A DNA stretch of 64,000 bases from Myxococcota bacterium (GCA_039028615.1 JBCCHT010000005.1:160001-224000), one strand, 5' to 3'. Shown: positions 30,984 to 40,501, counted from the stretch's first letter. Notes: a model not told the origin generated them from the letters alone. Made by a program: numbers and translations.

Positions 30984-32231
30984 CTAGCGCAGTCGCCCTT
31001 TGTGGCCTTCGCTGCGCAGCTGCTCGTCGATGTCTCGTCGAACCTCTCGCCCTTGCTTCTTCAGGGCTCGCATCCGTCGACGCTGTCGCGATGCGTTCGG
31101 AATGGCACCGTCCAGGCACGCCCGAATCTGCTTGCGCATGTTGTGGAAGTCGCGGCTCATGTTGCGCGCGGGGGCGGTCACGCCGAAGTCGAACGCGCTG
31201 ACGATCTTCCCTCGTGCGTACTCCAGCATGTACGTGTTCGGCTCGGCCGTATAGATCTTGGTGTCGCCGGCCATCAGCTTGGCCCAGCTGCCCGGGGCCA
31301 TGACCCGGGGCTCCAGGTCGCCCACGTGGTGGGTTCGCATCTCGCCGATCATGGTCCAGTCGTGGACGTCGACGGTGTAGCGACCGGAGTAGCCGTTGAC
31401 CCCCATGGGGGTGCCAAAGATGATCAGGTACTCGCGGCGCGAGCAGTAGAGCATGCGGTAGTGCCCCAGGGCTCCGCCCGCGAAGTTCCACACCATGCTC
31501 TGCTCGGTGGGCTCGAGCTGCACGGTGGGGAAGGATTCGGTGACGCCCCGGCGGGTGCGATCGAACAGCGCCTGCATCTGCACTTGGTTGTGCAGGTGCA
31601 CGCGGTCGCGCGCGGCGTCGAGGTCGGGGTCGGGGACCGGCGTCTTCTGAGGCGGGTAGGGGATGGGCTCCAGGCTCGGCGGGTGCAGGGCGGAGTCGAT
31701 GGCGATCTGGTGGAGCATCTCCAGGTCGAACACGTGGTCCCGCGCCTTGCGGAGGCACCGGAGCTCGGCACCGGTTCGCTTCTTGGTGCGGCACTCCTGG
31801 ATCTGTGCGGTCGACAGCCGCCGGTCGGCCATGACCTCGAGGCAGTCGATGCGGTCGGAGCCTTCGTAGCCGCGGCAGGTCTCGAGCGAGCGCGGGGTGT
31901 AGCTCCGCTCGGCGATCATTCGGGCGCACTGCAGAGCCTGCGGCGGCGCGTCGGGGGCCGACTCGGCACACAGCGCGAGGGCTTGGGCGTCGAAGTGCCG
32001 GGTCGAGGCGATGGCCTGGCAGGCGTCGCGATCCGCGGTCTCGGTGAACGCGTCGCACAGCGCCTGCGCTTGGGGAGCGGTGCCCTCGACCCACGCGTGC
32101 TTCGTTTTTTCGGCGGCGGGGGCCAGCGGCGGAGGATCGTGTCGGGCGGCGCAACCGAGGCTCAGCAGCACGCTGGCCAGCGAGGCTCGGGTGATGAATC
32201 GACGAAGGGCGGGGGTCCGGGAGCTACGCAT
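30984..32231 (-). CDS. Lipoprotein with Cys-rich repeats fused to an ERG2/sigma-1 receptor-like domain
   Basis: Lipobox LSLGC; VWNFAGGALG, EYLIIFGT..GYSGRY, VHDWT, YMLEYARGKI match recalled ERG2/SIGMAR1 motifs. Confidence 0.85.
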   Translation of the reverse strand: MRSSRTPALRRFITRASLASVLLSLGCAARHDPPPLAPAAEKTKHAWVEGTAPQAQALCDAFTETADRDACQAIASTRHFDAQALALCAESAPDAPPQALQCARMIAERSYTPRSLETCRGYEGSDRIDCLEVMADRRLSTAQIQECRTKKRTGAELRCLRKARDHVFDLEMLHQIAIDSALHPPSLEPIPYPPQKTPVPDPDLDAARDRVHLHNQVQMQALFDRTRRGVTESFPTVQLEPTEQSMVWNFAGGALGHYRMLYCSRREYLIIFGTPMGVNGYSGRYTVDVHDWTMIGEMRTHHVGDLEPRVMAPGSWAKLMAGDTKIYTAEPNTYMLEYARGKIVSAFDFGVTAPARNMSRDFHNMRKQIRACLDGAIPNASRQRRRMRALKKQGREVRRDIDEQLRSEGHKGRLR

Positions 32232-32325
32232 GCGGAGGCTTCGTTGAGGCGGGCGTGATGCACCGAGGGGTCGGCCGCGCGCCGCGCCGAACCGTATCAC
32301 GTCCCTCGTGGGCCTCCACGGACCG

Positions 32326-33675
32326 TCACGCGGGCAGCTCGCGTCGCCACTTGTCGAGAAGGGAGTCGATTCGCTGCTCCAGGGTCCGTCCCTCGGGTTT
32401 GGGGCGTCGCTTTTCGAAGAGTCCGTACCCGGGCAGCAGTGTGGCCCGGCCGAGGGTGCCGTAGCCGAAGTCCTCCCCCGCGAACGCAGACTTCGACCAG
32501 TAGGCGAGTCGATCTCCGCCGCCCGTGACCAGCGCGGTCAAGAAGTCGTGCCAGTCGAACCCCGCGAGCTGGGGCCGGAATTTGCCCGCCGTTCGGTCGC
32601 GCATCGCCTTGATGGGGTCCTCGTCGAGTCTGTCTTTGATCCCGGCCGCCTTCGCCACGCCCTGGACCCACGCTTCGATCTCCCCCGCGTCGGTGAGGTG
32701 GGGAAAGTCGATCATCGCGTGCAAGGGGCTCTTGGGAAGATCGGCGAACGCCTCCTTCGGGTTGTTGCTACCGCGATGGCTGTCGGCGAAGGTGCTGATC
32801 GTCGACTTGAGCTGGGCGAGCTCGACACCCGTCAGACCGTGCGCTGCCTCGGGCACACGCGAGTGCAGCGCGGTCAGGGGAATCTGGCGCGTCATCTGGA
32901 ACTGGAACTCCAGCCTGGGGTGCACGATGACCCACGCGTCGGGCTCGTGAAGGTCGACATCCAGTCCTTCCACGATCTCGCGCAGCGGGATCAGCTCGCC
33001 GCGCGCTGCGTTGCCGACCGCGGTGGCGAGCTGGTCGAGCACACGAAGATCCTCCCTGACATGCTCTTGTCCCCACTGCTCGCGAGTGAGGGGCAAGGTC
33101 ACGATCTCCAGGCGACTGTCGAAGTCACCCACGGTGTCGGTGGTCGCGTTCCACGTGCCGTTGCGGGCACGGAGGCACACGTCTCGCTTGGTGTAGGCGA
33201 TGTGGTCGGCCGGGTTGCGGAGTTCTTTGCCGAGGATGTCGAACGCGGCCTTGCGGCGCCTGCGGAGGTTGTTTTCGGCCTGCAGCGTCCGGGCCCACGC
33301 CGGGCGCAGCGCGGCCCGACTGTTGGAGTCGTTGAGCCGCTTCAGCAGGTTTCCGGTCGGTCCCGTCGGGGTGCCATCGAGGCGTACGATCTGGGCGTCC
33401 GCAAACTCGATCTCGAAACCGGCGGACGGGGGCTCGGCCTCGGCCGCCCTGTCTTCGACCTCTTTGCGGATCCTCTGGCGGCGCTGCTCCGGCGTCTCGT
33501 CCCCGTCTCGTGGGCCAGGCGCGAGTGGTTCATGCAGCTCGAGATCGTCGACGAAGGGGCCGTCGGTCGGACCGGGGTTTCGGCATGCGGCACCGCGACC
33601 GGGTCGTCGTCGGCTGGCCGCCATCCCCGTGCCTCGTGCCCGTCGCAGCCCCGAGCTTCCCCCGCAGGCACCCAT
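32326..33675 (-). CDS. Hypothetical protein, possible amidoligase/glutamine-synthetase-fold domain
   Basis: ATG 1 nt after the upstream stop; GFEIEF, WNATTD..LEIVTLPL, FQMT, LFEKR motifs. Confidence 0.6.
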   Translation of the reverse strand: MGACGGSSGLRRARGTGMAASRRRPGRGAACRNPGPTDGPFVDDLELHEPLAPGPRDGDETPEQRRQRIRKEVEDRAAEAEPPSAGFEIEFADAQIVRLDGTPTGPTGNLLKRLNDSNSRAALRPAWARTLQAENNLRRRRKAAFDILGKELRNPADHIAYTKRDVCLRARNGTWNATTDTVGDFDSRLEIVTLPLTREQWGQEHVREDLRVLDQLATAVGNAARGELIPLREIVEGLDVDLHEPDAWVIVHPRLEFQFQMTRQIPLTALHSRVPEAAHGLTGVELAQLKSTISTFADSHRGSNNPKEAFADLPKSPLHAMIDFPHLTDAGEIEAWVQGVAKAAGIKDRLDEDPIKAMRDRTAGKFRPQLAGFDWHDFLTALVTGGGDRLAYWSKSAFAGEDFGYGTLGRATLLPGYGLFEKRRPKPEGRTLEQRIDSLLDKWRRELPA

Positions 33676-33676
33676 C

Positions 33677-34432
33677 TCAGGCCGCCTCCTGGCCGCGGAG
33701 CAACGAGAACGCCCGCTCGAGGTGCCGCTGCGCTCGCGACAACAACCCGCCGAGGCGATACGACGGCGTCCCGGTCGACTCCAGGCCACGCGCGGCGAAG
33801 GGCCACCGCGGGTCTTCGGCGAAGCCGCTGCCGAGCAGGAACATCAGCGCCGCGAAGCACGGACGGGCCCCGGGGACCTCGTGGAAACCGAAGGCCTCGA
33901 CCTGGTGATCCACATGCTCGACGAATCGACCAAAGGAACGATCGAGCTGGGCCTCCCGGTACTTCGCGGGATAGAGCGTGGACAACAGCACCTCCAGATC
34001 GTCGATGCCTTCGAGATGGTCGAGCCGAAGCCGACGTGCCCGCAGCAGCGCCCGCGTGTAGTGCTCGCCGTGTTCACCCGCGACGTCGGTCAGGTATGCC
34101 AGGGCCACGGCGTCGAGGTCGTCGAGCTTGGGTCCGGCGGCGCCCGGTCGCGCGAGGATCTCGGTCGCCCACGGCAACAGCGGATCGACATCGAAGTCGC
34201 TGCCCAACACCAGGGCCAGGTCGACGTATCGGCAGACCTCGCCCACGGTCTCGAACCCCCGCGCTCGCGCCCGCGTGACCCCGTAGTGCACCGTCCGCTG
34301 CAAGTCGTCCGGCCCGAGCAGTGCGGCGTCGACGGGAAACACCGCGACGATGCGCGCCGCCAGCTCGAGTTCGGTCGCGGCCCAGGCCGCGTCCGCGAGC
34401 GCAAGGGTCTGATCGGAGCGAAGGCTCAGCAC
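33677..34432 (-). CDS. Hypothetical protein with duplicated GF...LGxxF..DP..P(W/F)A repeat, resembling T6SS effector-chaperone-associated proteins
   Basis: GTG with GGAG SD; RGFETVGEVCRYVDLALVLGSDFDVDPLLPWA and FGFHEVPGARPCFAALMFLLGSGFAEDPRWPFA. Confidence 0.7.
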   Translation of the reverse strand: MLSLRSDQTLALADAAWAATELELAARIVAVFPVDAALLGPDDLQRTVHYGVTRARARGFETVGEVCRYVDLALVLGSDFDVDPLLPWATEILARPGAAGPKLDDLDAVALAYLTDVAGEHGEHYTRALLRARRLRLDHLEGIDDLEVLLSTLYPAKYREAQLDRSFGRFVEHVDHQVEAFGFHEVPGARPCFAALMFLLGSGFAEDPRWPFAARGLESTGTPSYRLGGLLSRAQRHLERAFSLLRGQEAA

Positions 34433-34440
34433 AGCGCTCC

Positions 34441-34471
34441 CGGTAGTCCGGGGCGCCGCCGAGTCGATTGC
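34441..34471 (-). promoter_or_regulatory. ECF promoter motif B, copy 1 (before the divergent operon)
   Basis: GCAATCGACTCGGC-N6-CCGGACTACCG. Confidence 0.75.
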
Positions 34472-34564
34472 GAGCGATCCGAAGTTTTTCGCCCGCGCCT
34501 CAGCCGGGCACGTGACCGCCGCCATGGACTCGCGCGGTGGCCCGTGGCAGCCTCGAGGGGCCCC

Positions 34565-35194
34565 GTGGTGGACGATTTCGAGCTTCTGACGGCCTGGCGA
34601 GACGGTGACACCGAGGCCGGGCAGCGGTTGTTCGCGCGCCACTTCGATGCGCTGTTCCGGTTCTTTCGCAACAAGATCGGGGACAACGACGCGGCCGATT
34701 TGGTGCAGACCACGTTCTTGGCCTGCGTCGAGCGGCGGGACGGTTTTCGGGGCGAGAGCAGCGTGAGGACATTCCTGTTCGCGGTGGCGCGGAGGCGGCT
34801 TTATTCGCATCTGGAGTCCATCCATCGGGCGGATCGACGCTTCGACGCGGGGGTGACCTCGGTGGTCGACATCGGGGCGACACCCAGTCAGCTCGTGGAT
34901 CGCAAGCGGTCGTACTCGGTCTTGCTCGCGGCGCTACGCATGCTGCCGGTCGAGACCCAGACGCTGCTCGAGCTGCACTACTGGGAGAAGCTGTCGGGAT
35001 CTCAGCTGGCCGAGGTTTTCGCGGTGGCGGAGGGCACGATTCGTACGCGGCTGCGGCGCGCGAAGCAGCTGTTGGCCGAGGCCATCGATCGCCTGCGCGA
35101 GGGTCCGCCCATGGCGACGGCCGAGGAGAACCTCGAGGCGTGGGCGAGCGAGGTGCGCGAGGAGTTTGCGCGCTCCAAGGGCCCCGAGCAGTGA
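34565..35194 (+). CDS. ECF sigma-70 factor (kinase-associated type)
   Basis: DFELLTAWRDGD, AADLVQTTFL, FRGESSVRTFLFAVARR, EGTIRTRLRRAK. Confidence 0.92.
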   Translation: MVDDFELLTAWRDGDTEAGQRLFARHFDALFRFFRNKIGDNDAADLVQTTFLACVERRDGFRGESSVRTFLFAVARRRLYSHLESIHRADRRFDAGVTSVVDIGATPSQLVDRKRSYSVLLAALRMLPVETQTLLELHYWEKLSGSQLAEVFAVAEGTIRTRLRRAKQLLAEAIDRLREGPPMATAEENLEAWASEVREEFARSKGPEQ

Positions 35195-35220
35195 GCTAGG
35201 CTGGGGGTTCACAAAAGGGG

Positions 35221-35251
35221 GCAATCGACTCGGCCTCTCGCCGGACTACCG
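35221..35251 (+). promoter_or_regulatory. ECF promoter motif B, copy 2 (before the kinase)
   Basis: GCAATCGACTCGGC-N6-CCGGACTACCG; all 25 flanking bases identical to the copy at 34441. Confidence 0.75.
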
Positions 35252-35264
35252 CCCACGCCTGCCC

Positions 35265-38174
35265 ATGACCGACGTCAACCGAACGATGGAGGGGGACTCC
35301 GCCGCCTTGGCCGAACTCGCTCCGCAGGACGAGCACGCGCTCGAGGAACTTCGTTCGGCGACCCTCGATGGTGATCCGCGCAAGGAGCACCAGCGCGCGC
35401 GAGTCCAGGCCGCGTTGTTCGGCGGCCCCACGCCGCCGCCCGAGACGATCGCGCGGTACCGAATTCTCGGTGAGATCGGCAGCGGTGCGATGGGCGAGGT
35501 CCTCGAGGCGTACGACGACGTCCTCACCCGCAAGGTGGCCATCAAGCTCGTGCATCGGCAGCGACGCTCGCCGCGGGCCAGCACGCGGATGCTGCAGGAG
35601 GCGCGCTCGCTGGCGCAGCTGAGCCACCCCAACGTGGTGCAGGTCTACGAGGCGGGCATGCACGGGGACCGGGCTTGGATCGCGATGGAGCACATCGACG
35701 GGCAGAGCCTCACCGAGTGGCTCGGGGCGAAGCCTCGCGACGCCTCGGTGATCCTCGACGTGTTCATCGCCGCGGGCCGTGGGTTGGCGGCCGCCCACGA
35801 GGCGGGCTTCGTGCACCGCGACTTCAAGCCGGACAACGTGCTCATCGACACGCGCGGGCGGGTCAAGGTGGTCGACTTCGGCCTGGTGCGAGCCATCCCC
35901 GACTCGCACCTGCTCGAGACGCTCGAGGGCGACTCCACGTTCAACGGCGCGAACTCGTCGTCGACCCTGCACCCGCACCCGCTGACGCAAGACGGCACGG
36001 TGCTCGGGACGCCGGGCTACATGTCCCCTGAGCAGATTCGAGGGGCCGCGCTGGATGCTCGCAGCGACCAGTTCTCGTTCTGCGCGGCGGCGTGGTTTGC
36101 TCTGTTCGGCGAGCGGCCCTTCAAGGGGGCGACGCTGCGTCATCTCCACTACGCGATGCACCAAGGGACGGTGGAAGCCGGCACTCAGCAGCCGCGTGGA
36201 GTGGGGGCGGCTCGCCGGGTGCTGCGACGAGGCTTGTCGTTCAAGCCCGACGAGCGTTTCGCGTCGATGGACGAGCTGCTCGAGCAGCTGTCGGTGCGGT
36301 CCCGTCGAGGGTGGGTGCTGGGGGCAGGCGCGGTGGCGCTGGCGGGAACGCTGGCGGTCGCGAGCGTGGGCGAGGAACCGCCCTGTGGCGAGGGACTGGA
36401 TCCGGACGCGGCGTGGTCGAGCGAGCACGCCGCGTCGATCACCGATACCTTCGCCCGGACGCCCGCGCCCTATGCTGCCGTCACCGCTCAGCGGGTGACC
36501 GAGGGGATGAAGCGCTACGCGGCCGAGATCGGTCGCGCCCGAGACACGGTGTGTGCCGATCGCTCGCGGTCGGACACGGCCACGGTCGACGCTCGCCTGG
36601 CGTGCCTCGAGGGGCGCAGCTCGGCCCTCGGTGCGCTGGCCAGTCGCTTCGATGCCGCCGATGCCACCACCGTCGAGCATGCAGTCGACGCGGTGACCCA
36701 CCTGCCGCCGATTCGACGCTGCATCACCCGAGGCTCGGGCGACGAGCCGCTCGTGCCCGCCGACCCCGATCTACGCGCCGCACTGGCGAGCGCTCATGCG
36801 GCCCGGGGCACGGGGCACGGCGCGCTGGCGGTGGAGCTGTCCAGTGCGCTGCTGCAGTCGGCGACGGAGGCCGGCGACGAAGCGACGGCGGTCGATGCTC
36901 GCGTGCTCCGAGCGACCGCTCGCTTCGAGCAGGGGGAGCACGACGCGGCGGTGACCGACATGACCGCTGCCATCGCTCGGGCCACTGCGGCGGGTCTCGA
37001 GGAGCGAGCCACCGAGGCGTGGGTCGATCTGGCGACCCATGGCGCTCGCGATCTGCGACGACCCACCGAGACGGCGCGGTGGCTCGTGCACGCGGAGGGC
37101 TGGGTCGAGCGCACCGGGCTCGAAGACCAACGGTGGGCGCTGGAGCTGGCACGTGGCCATCACCAGTTTCTGGGGGCGCCCGCCGACGCCTACGCCACGT
37201 TCGACGCGCTGGCCGAGGATCTGGAGGGCAGGGCGGAGCTCGAACAGCTCGCGGCTCGAGCCCGCCATGGTCGCTCGATGGCCGCGATGCAGCTGCGCGA
37301 CACCGAGGCGGCCGCACGCGACAGCCGTTGGCTGCTCGACTACACCCGGCACAAATACGGAGAGCAGCACCCGTTCACCGCCAGCAGTCACTACGGCCTC
37401 GGCCTCGCGCTGTTTCACGGGGGCAACGAGGAGGGCGTCGAGCACTACCGGGCCGCGCTGGAGACGTGGCAGGCGGTGTATCCGTCGGGGCACCCCGAGA
37501 CCATCAAGGCCTTGGTGGCGCTGGCCGACGCCGAGCTGTCCGCGGGTCGGCTGCCGCAGGCGCGCCAGTACGCCGAAGATGCCCTGCAGATGCAGCAGGA
37601 GGTCGGCCCGGAGGAACTCGGAGTGGCCGAGGTCTCGACCGTGCTGGGGGTGGTCCAGCATGCCGAAGGACACTTCGACCTCGCCGCACGGTCTCATCGC
37701 ACGGCGCTCGCTCGCTACGAAAAGCGGCTCGGTCCGGACGACTACAACACCGCCGTCGCGCGATCGAACCTGGGCGAAGCGTTGGTGATGGACGGTCGCT
37801 ACGAAGAGGCGCGACCGCTGTTCGAGTCGGCCCTGGCGTCGTTGCCCCCGGTGGTGGGGGACGAGCACCCCGTGCTGGCGTTTCCCCTCAAGGGGGCCGG
37901 CATCGCGGCCGTGCTCGCGGGAGAACCCGAAGAGGCGATCTTGCAGCTGGCGCGGGCGCGTGCGCTGGCCAAAGATGCCGACCCCGCCGAGCGAGCCGAG
38001 ATCGACCTCGCGTACGCGCACGCCCTGGCCGCGTCGGGTGATGCGGTCCAGAGCGCAGCGCGTCGCGCCGAGGTGCAGGCGTGGCGGACGTCGGCGACCG
38101 AGCTGGGCCTTACTCGGCTCGATCGGCTGCAGCGGCGTCTGTCCGCGTCGGCGCCGGCCGAATCGGACGGGTGA
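35265..38174 (+). CDS. Ser/Thr protein kinase with TM segment and TPR repeats
   Basis: IGSGAMGEV, VAIK, HRDFKPDN, DFG, GTPGYMSPE; TPRs. Confidence 0.92.
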   Translation: MTDVNRTMEGDSAALAELAPQDEHALEELRSATLDGDPRKEHQRARVQAALFGGPTPPPETIARYRILGEIGSGAMGEVLEAYDDVLTRKVAIKLVHRQRRSPRASTRMLQEARSLAQLSHPNVVQVYEAGMHGDRAWIAMEHIDGQSLTEWLGAKPRDASVILDVFIAAGRGLAAAHEAGFVHRDFKPDNVLIDTRGRVKVVDFGLVRAIPDSHLLETLEGDSTFNGANSSSTLHPHPLTQDGTVLGTPGYMSPEQIRGAALDARSDQFSFCAAAWFALFGERPFKGATLRHLHYAMHQGTVEAGTQQPRGVGAARRVLRRGLSFKPDERFASMDELLEQLSVRSRRGWVLGAGAVALAGTLAVASVGEEPPCGEGLDPDAAWSSEHAASITDTFARTPAPYAAVTAQRVTEGMKRYAAEIGRARDTVCADRSRSDTATVDARLACLEGRSSALGALASRFDAADATTVEHAVDAVTHLPPIRRCITRGSGDEPLVPADPDLRAALASAHAARGTGHGALAVELSSALLQSATEAGDEATAVDARVLRATARFEQGEHDAAVTDMTAAIARATAAGLEERATEAWVDLATHGARDLRRPTETARWLVHAEGWVERTGLEDQRWALELARGHHQFLGAPADAYATFDALAEDLEGRAELEQLAARARHGRSMAAMQLRDTEAAARDSRWLLDYTRHKYGEQHPFTASSHYGLGLALFHGGNEEGVEHYRAALETWQAVYPSGHPETIKALVALADAELSAGRLPQARQYAEDALQMQQEVGPEELGVAEVSTVLGVVQHAEGHFDLAARSHRTALARYEKRLGPDDYNTAVARSNLGEALVMDGRYEEARPLFESALASLPPVVGDEHPVLAFPLKGAGIAAVLAGEPEEAILQLARARALAKDADPAERAEIDLAYAHALAASGDAVQSAARRAEVQAWRTSATELGLTRLDRLQRRLSASAPAESDG

Positions 38175-38228
38175 CGGAGGCCCGGGGTATTCCCACGCCC
38201 GAGCACTCCGCCACCCGACGGTCTGCCG

Positions 38229-39269
38229 TCATTGCCCTCGTCGACGCCGAAGCCCCAGCGCCAACAAAGGGAGTCCCCACAATACTGCGCCCCGCGGTGT
38301 GGCGTCGGTGGTACACCCGCACCCTTCGGGCTCGCCATCGTTCATGGCTTCATCGCCCCCGGTCGCGCCGACGTCTCCCGTGCCGTCCGTGGCGGACGGC
38401 GCGGTGGTGCTGCTGTCGGGCATGTCGGTCGTGGTCTCGCCGACGCTACCCCCGTCGTCGCTCCCCATGCCCGTCTCGTCGCCGCCCTCGCTGCCCGTGC
38501 CCGAGTCGTCGCCGCCTTCGGTGCCGCCCATCGGTGGCTCGGCGGGGCCGAGGAACTCGAGCAGGTGGGCGATGTCGTTCTGATAGCCCGGCTCGCAGCC
38601 GGGATGCTGGGCGCAGTACTCGGGGTGCTCGGGGTCGGTGATGGCCCCGGTAATCGCCTCGCAGGTCTCGGAGAAGAAGTGCCCCGTCTGGTTGGACGTG
38701 CTCGGGTACATGATGAACTGCGAGTTGTCGCCCAGGTGCTCCAGGCCGACCGTGTGTGCGACTTCCTGAGAGATGACCTGCGCGAGCGTGTCGGCCACGT
38801 GGTTGCCGTCGAAGTCGCGCAGGGCCTCCGAGAACACGAACGCGATCGAGGTCTTGTTGTCGTCGTAGCAGTCGAGCGTGCCCCAGCCGCCCGCGCCCGG
38901 CAGGCCCAGCACGCCACCCCAGCCGCCCATGGTGACCATGCGGTAGTCGCCCTCGGTGGGGCGCTCGGTAACGAACTGGACGTCGATGCCTTCCCACTGC
39001 GCGTCGAGGAGCTGGAGCACCGCGGCGATCAGCAGCTCGGGGTCTTCGGTGCCCTCGGGGTCGAACGCGGGGATGGTGGCGGATTGTTCATCGAACCACT
39101 GTAGCGTCCACGAGGTGCCGCTGGGAGCGTGGTCCTCGTCTCCGGCGACCAGCTGCTGCTCGTCGAACTGCAAGAAGATGGTGTTGTCTGCCCGGGCCGA
39201 GGGCTCGGCGACGAGGCAGAGGGCAGCAGCGACGACCGGCAACCCGGCGCGAGGCATGCGGTGATTCAT
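38229..39269 (-). CDS. Secreted metzincin-like protein (QExxH variant) with MYXO-CTERM-like tail
   Basis: Signal peptide; SQEVAHTVGLEH..IMYP; GCGC-TM-RRRR tail. Confidence 0.75.
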   Translation of the reverse strand: MNHRMPRAGLPVVAAALCLVAEPSARADNTIFLQFDEQQLVAGDEDHAPSGTSWTLQWFDEQSATIPAFDPEGTEDPELLIAAVLQLLDAQWEGIDVQFVTERPTEGDYRMVTMGGWGGVLGLPGAGGWGTLDCYDDNKTSIAFVFSEALRDFDGNHVADTLAQVISQEVAHTVGLEHLGDNSQFIMYPSTSNQTGHFFSETCEAITGAITDPEHPEYCAQHPGCEPGYQNDIAHLLEFLGPAEPPMGGTEGGDDSGTGSEGGDETGMGSDDGGSVGETTTDMPDSSTTAPSATDGTGDVGATGGDEAMNDGEPEGCGCTTDATPRGAVLWGLPLLALGLRRRRGQ

Positions 39270-39344
39270 GGTGTCTCTTTTCTGGTGCGAGAGGACAAAC
39301 GGCGAGGTCGAGCCGTAGGGCGGCGCGACGACGAACGACGAAAC

Positions 39345-40379
39345 TCAGCCGACCGGGCCGATGGGAACGCAGGTCGAAGACCCGGCGCCCACCACGATCA
39401 CGGGGGCGTCCTCGACGACGACGGTGACGGCTTGGCCCTGGCCGTCGCTCTCGTCCCAGTCGAGCTTGGAGACGGAGGTGCCGAAGGCGTCACCGCTGAA
39501 GAAGTAGAAGTCTCCGCCCCAGAAGGCGAACGCGAAGCTGCCCCCGGTCGGCACGCCTTGCAGCTCGAGGGTCTCGAGCTCGGCTCCCGTCTCGCGGTCG
39601 AGCCGAATCAGCAGCGGCGCTTCGAGCACGTCGTTGTTGATGAACTCGAACAGCTGCCCGTCGCCCGTCCCCGCCAGCTCGACCCACTCGTGCTCGGTGA
39701 CCGCGATCCCGGTGAAGAGCAGGCTCTCGGGGTCCAGTACGGCCAGCATGCGGTTGGTGAAGATATTGGCCGAGCGCCCGTAGATTCGGTCGCAGGGGTC
39801 CGTCTCGTCGTTGGAGACGAAGCTCATGCCAAACGTGCCGATGTCGAGCTGGCCGGGCTCGAAGCCGGGGTCGACGCAGGTCTGGGGATCGTTGACGTCG
39901 ACGGTGTACAGGTCGCCATCGTTGTATTGGATCCACGCGCGACCATCTCGGCCCACGCCCATCGAGAAGGTGCTCGCGTCGAAGCCGTGCTGCTGTTCGC
40001 AGGGAATCGGCCCGACCAGCGCGAACTCCAGCGTCGTCGGGTCGAAGGTCCACAGCTCTTTGCTGGTGCTGAGCACGTAGATGAGATCGACGTGCGGCGC
40101 ACAGGCGCACTCGCCCTCGAGGCCGCCGTCGGAGCCGAGGTCGAAGTAGACCGAGTCGTCGTCGCCGGCTGCGGTCGCGGTGGAGTCGCCCTCGGAGTCG
40201 TCGGCCTCGGCCGCGGATCCGGTGTCGCCCGAAGGGAGGGCGGTGGTCGAGGCTCCGCCGCCCGATAGCTCGAGGATGCCGACCTCGTCTCGTTGGATCA
40301 CGCAACCCGCGAGGGCGGCCGCGAGCCACGAGCTCGCCGCGGCCCCGAGCGCGGCGGCAGTTGTTGGCGTGCTTCGCAT
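39345..40379 (-). CDS. Myxobacterial lipoprotein, probable beta-propeller
   Basis: Lipobox ALAGC; ELAGTGDGQLF, FAFAFWGGDFYFF, VGAGSSTCVP. Confidence 0.75.
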   Translation of the reverse strand: MRSTPTTAAALGAAASSWLAAALAGCVIQRDEVGILELSGGGASTTALPSGDTGSAAEADDSEGDSTATAAGDDDSVYFDLGSDGGLEGECACAPHVDLIYVLSTSKELWTFDPTTLEFALVGPIPCEQQHGFDASTFSMGVGRDGRAWIQYNDGDLYTVDVNDPQTCVDPGFEPGQLDIGTFGMSFVSNDETDPCDRIYGRSANIFTNRMLAVLDPESLLFTGIAVTEHEWVELAGTGDGQLFEFINNDVLEAPLLIRLDRETGAELETLELQGVPTGGSFAFAFWGGDFYFFSGDAFGTSVSKLDWDESDGQGQAVTVVVEDAPVIVVGAGSSTCVPIGPVG

Positions 40380-40390
40380 TTCGCAGAACC

Positions 40391-40419
40391 CAGTGATCCT
40401 GGGCCGGAAAAACGGGTTG
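40391..40419 (-). promoter_or_regulatory. ECF promoter motif C, copy 1 (before the divergent lipoprotein)
   Basis: CAACCCGTTT-N14-CACTG. Confidence 0.65.
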
Positions 40420-40501
40420 CGCCAAGTGAAAAACTCCCGCGCAGGGTGGTGTGGGCGATGACCCGATGCCGACGCTCGGCGACGCGCGTCTGCTAGGATG
40501 C

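Noticed and set aside
33650..33675. MGACGGS as a eukaryotic N-myristoylation signal on the putative effector
   Set aside because: Position 6 is Gly rather than Ser/Thr and the start codon is not certain
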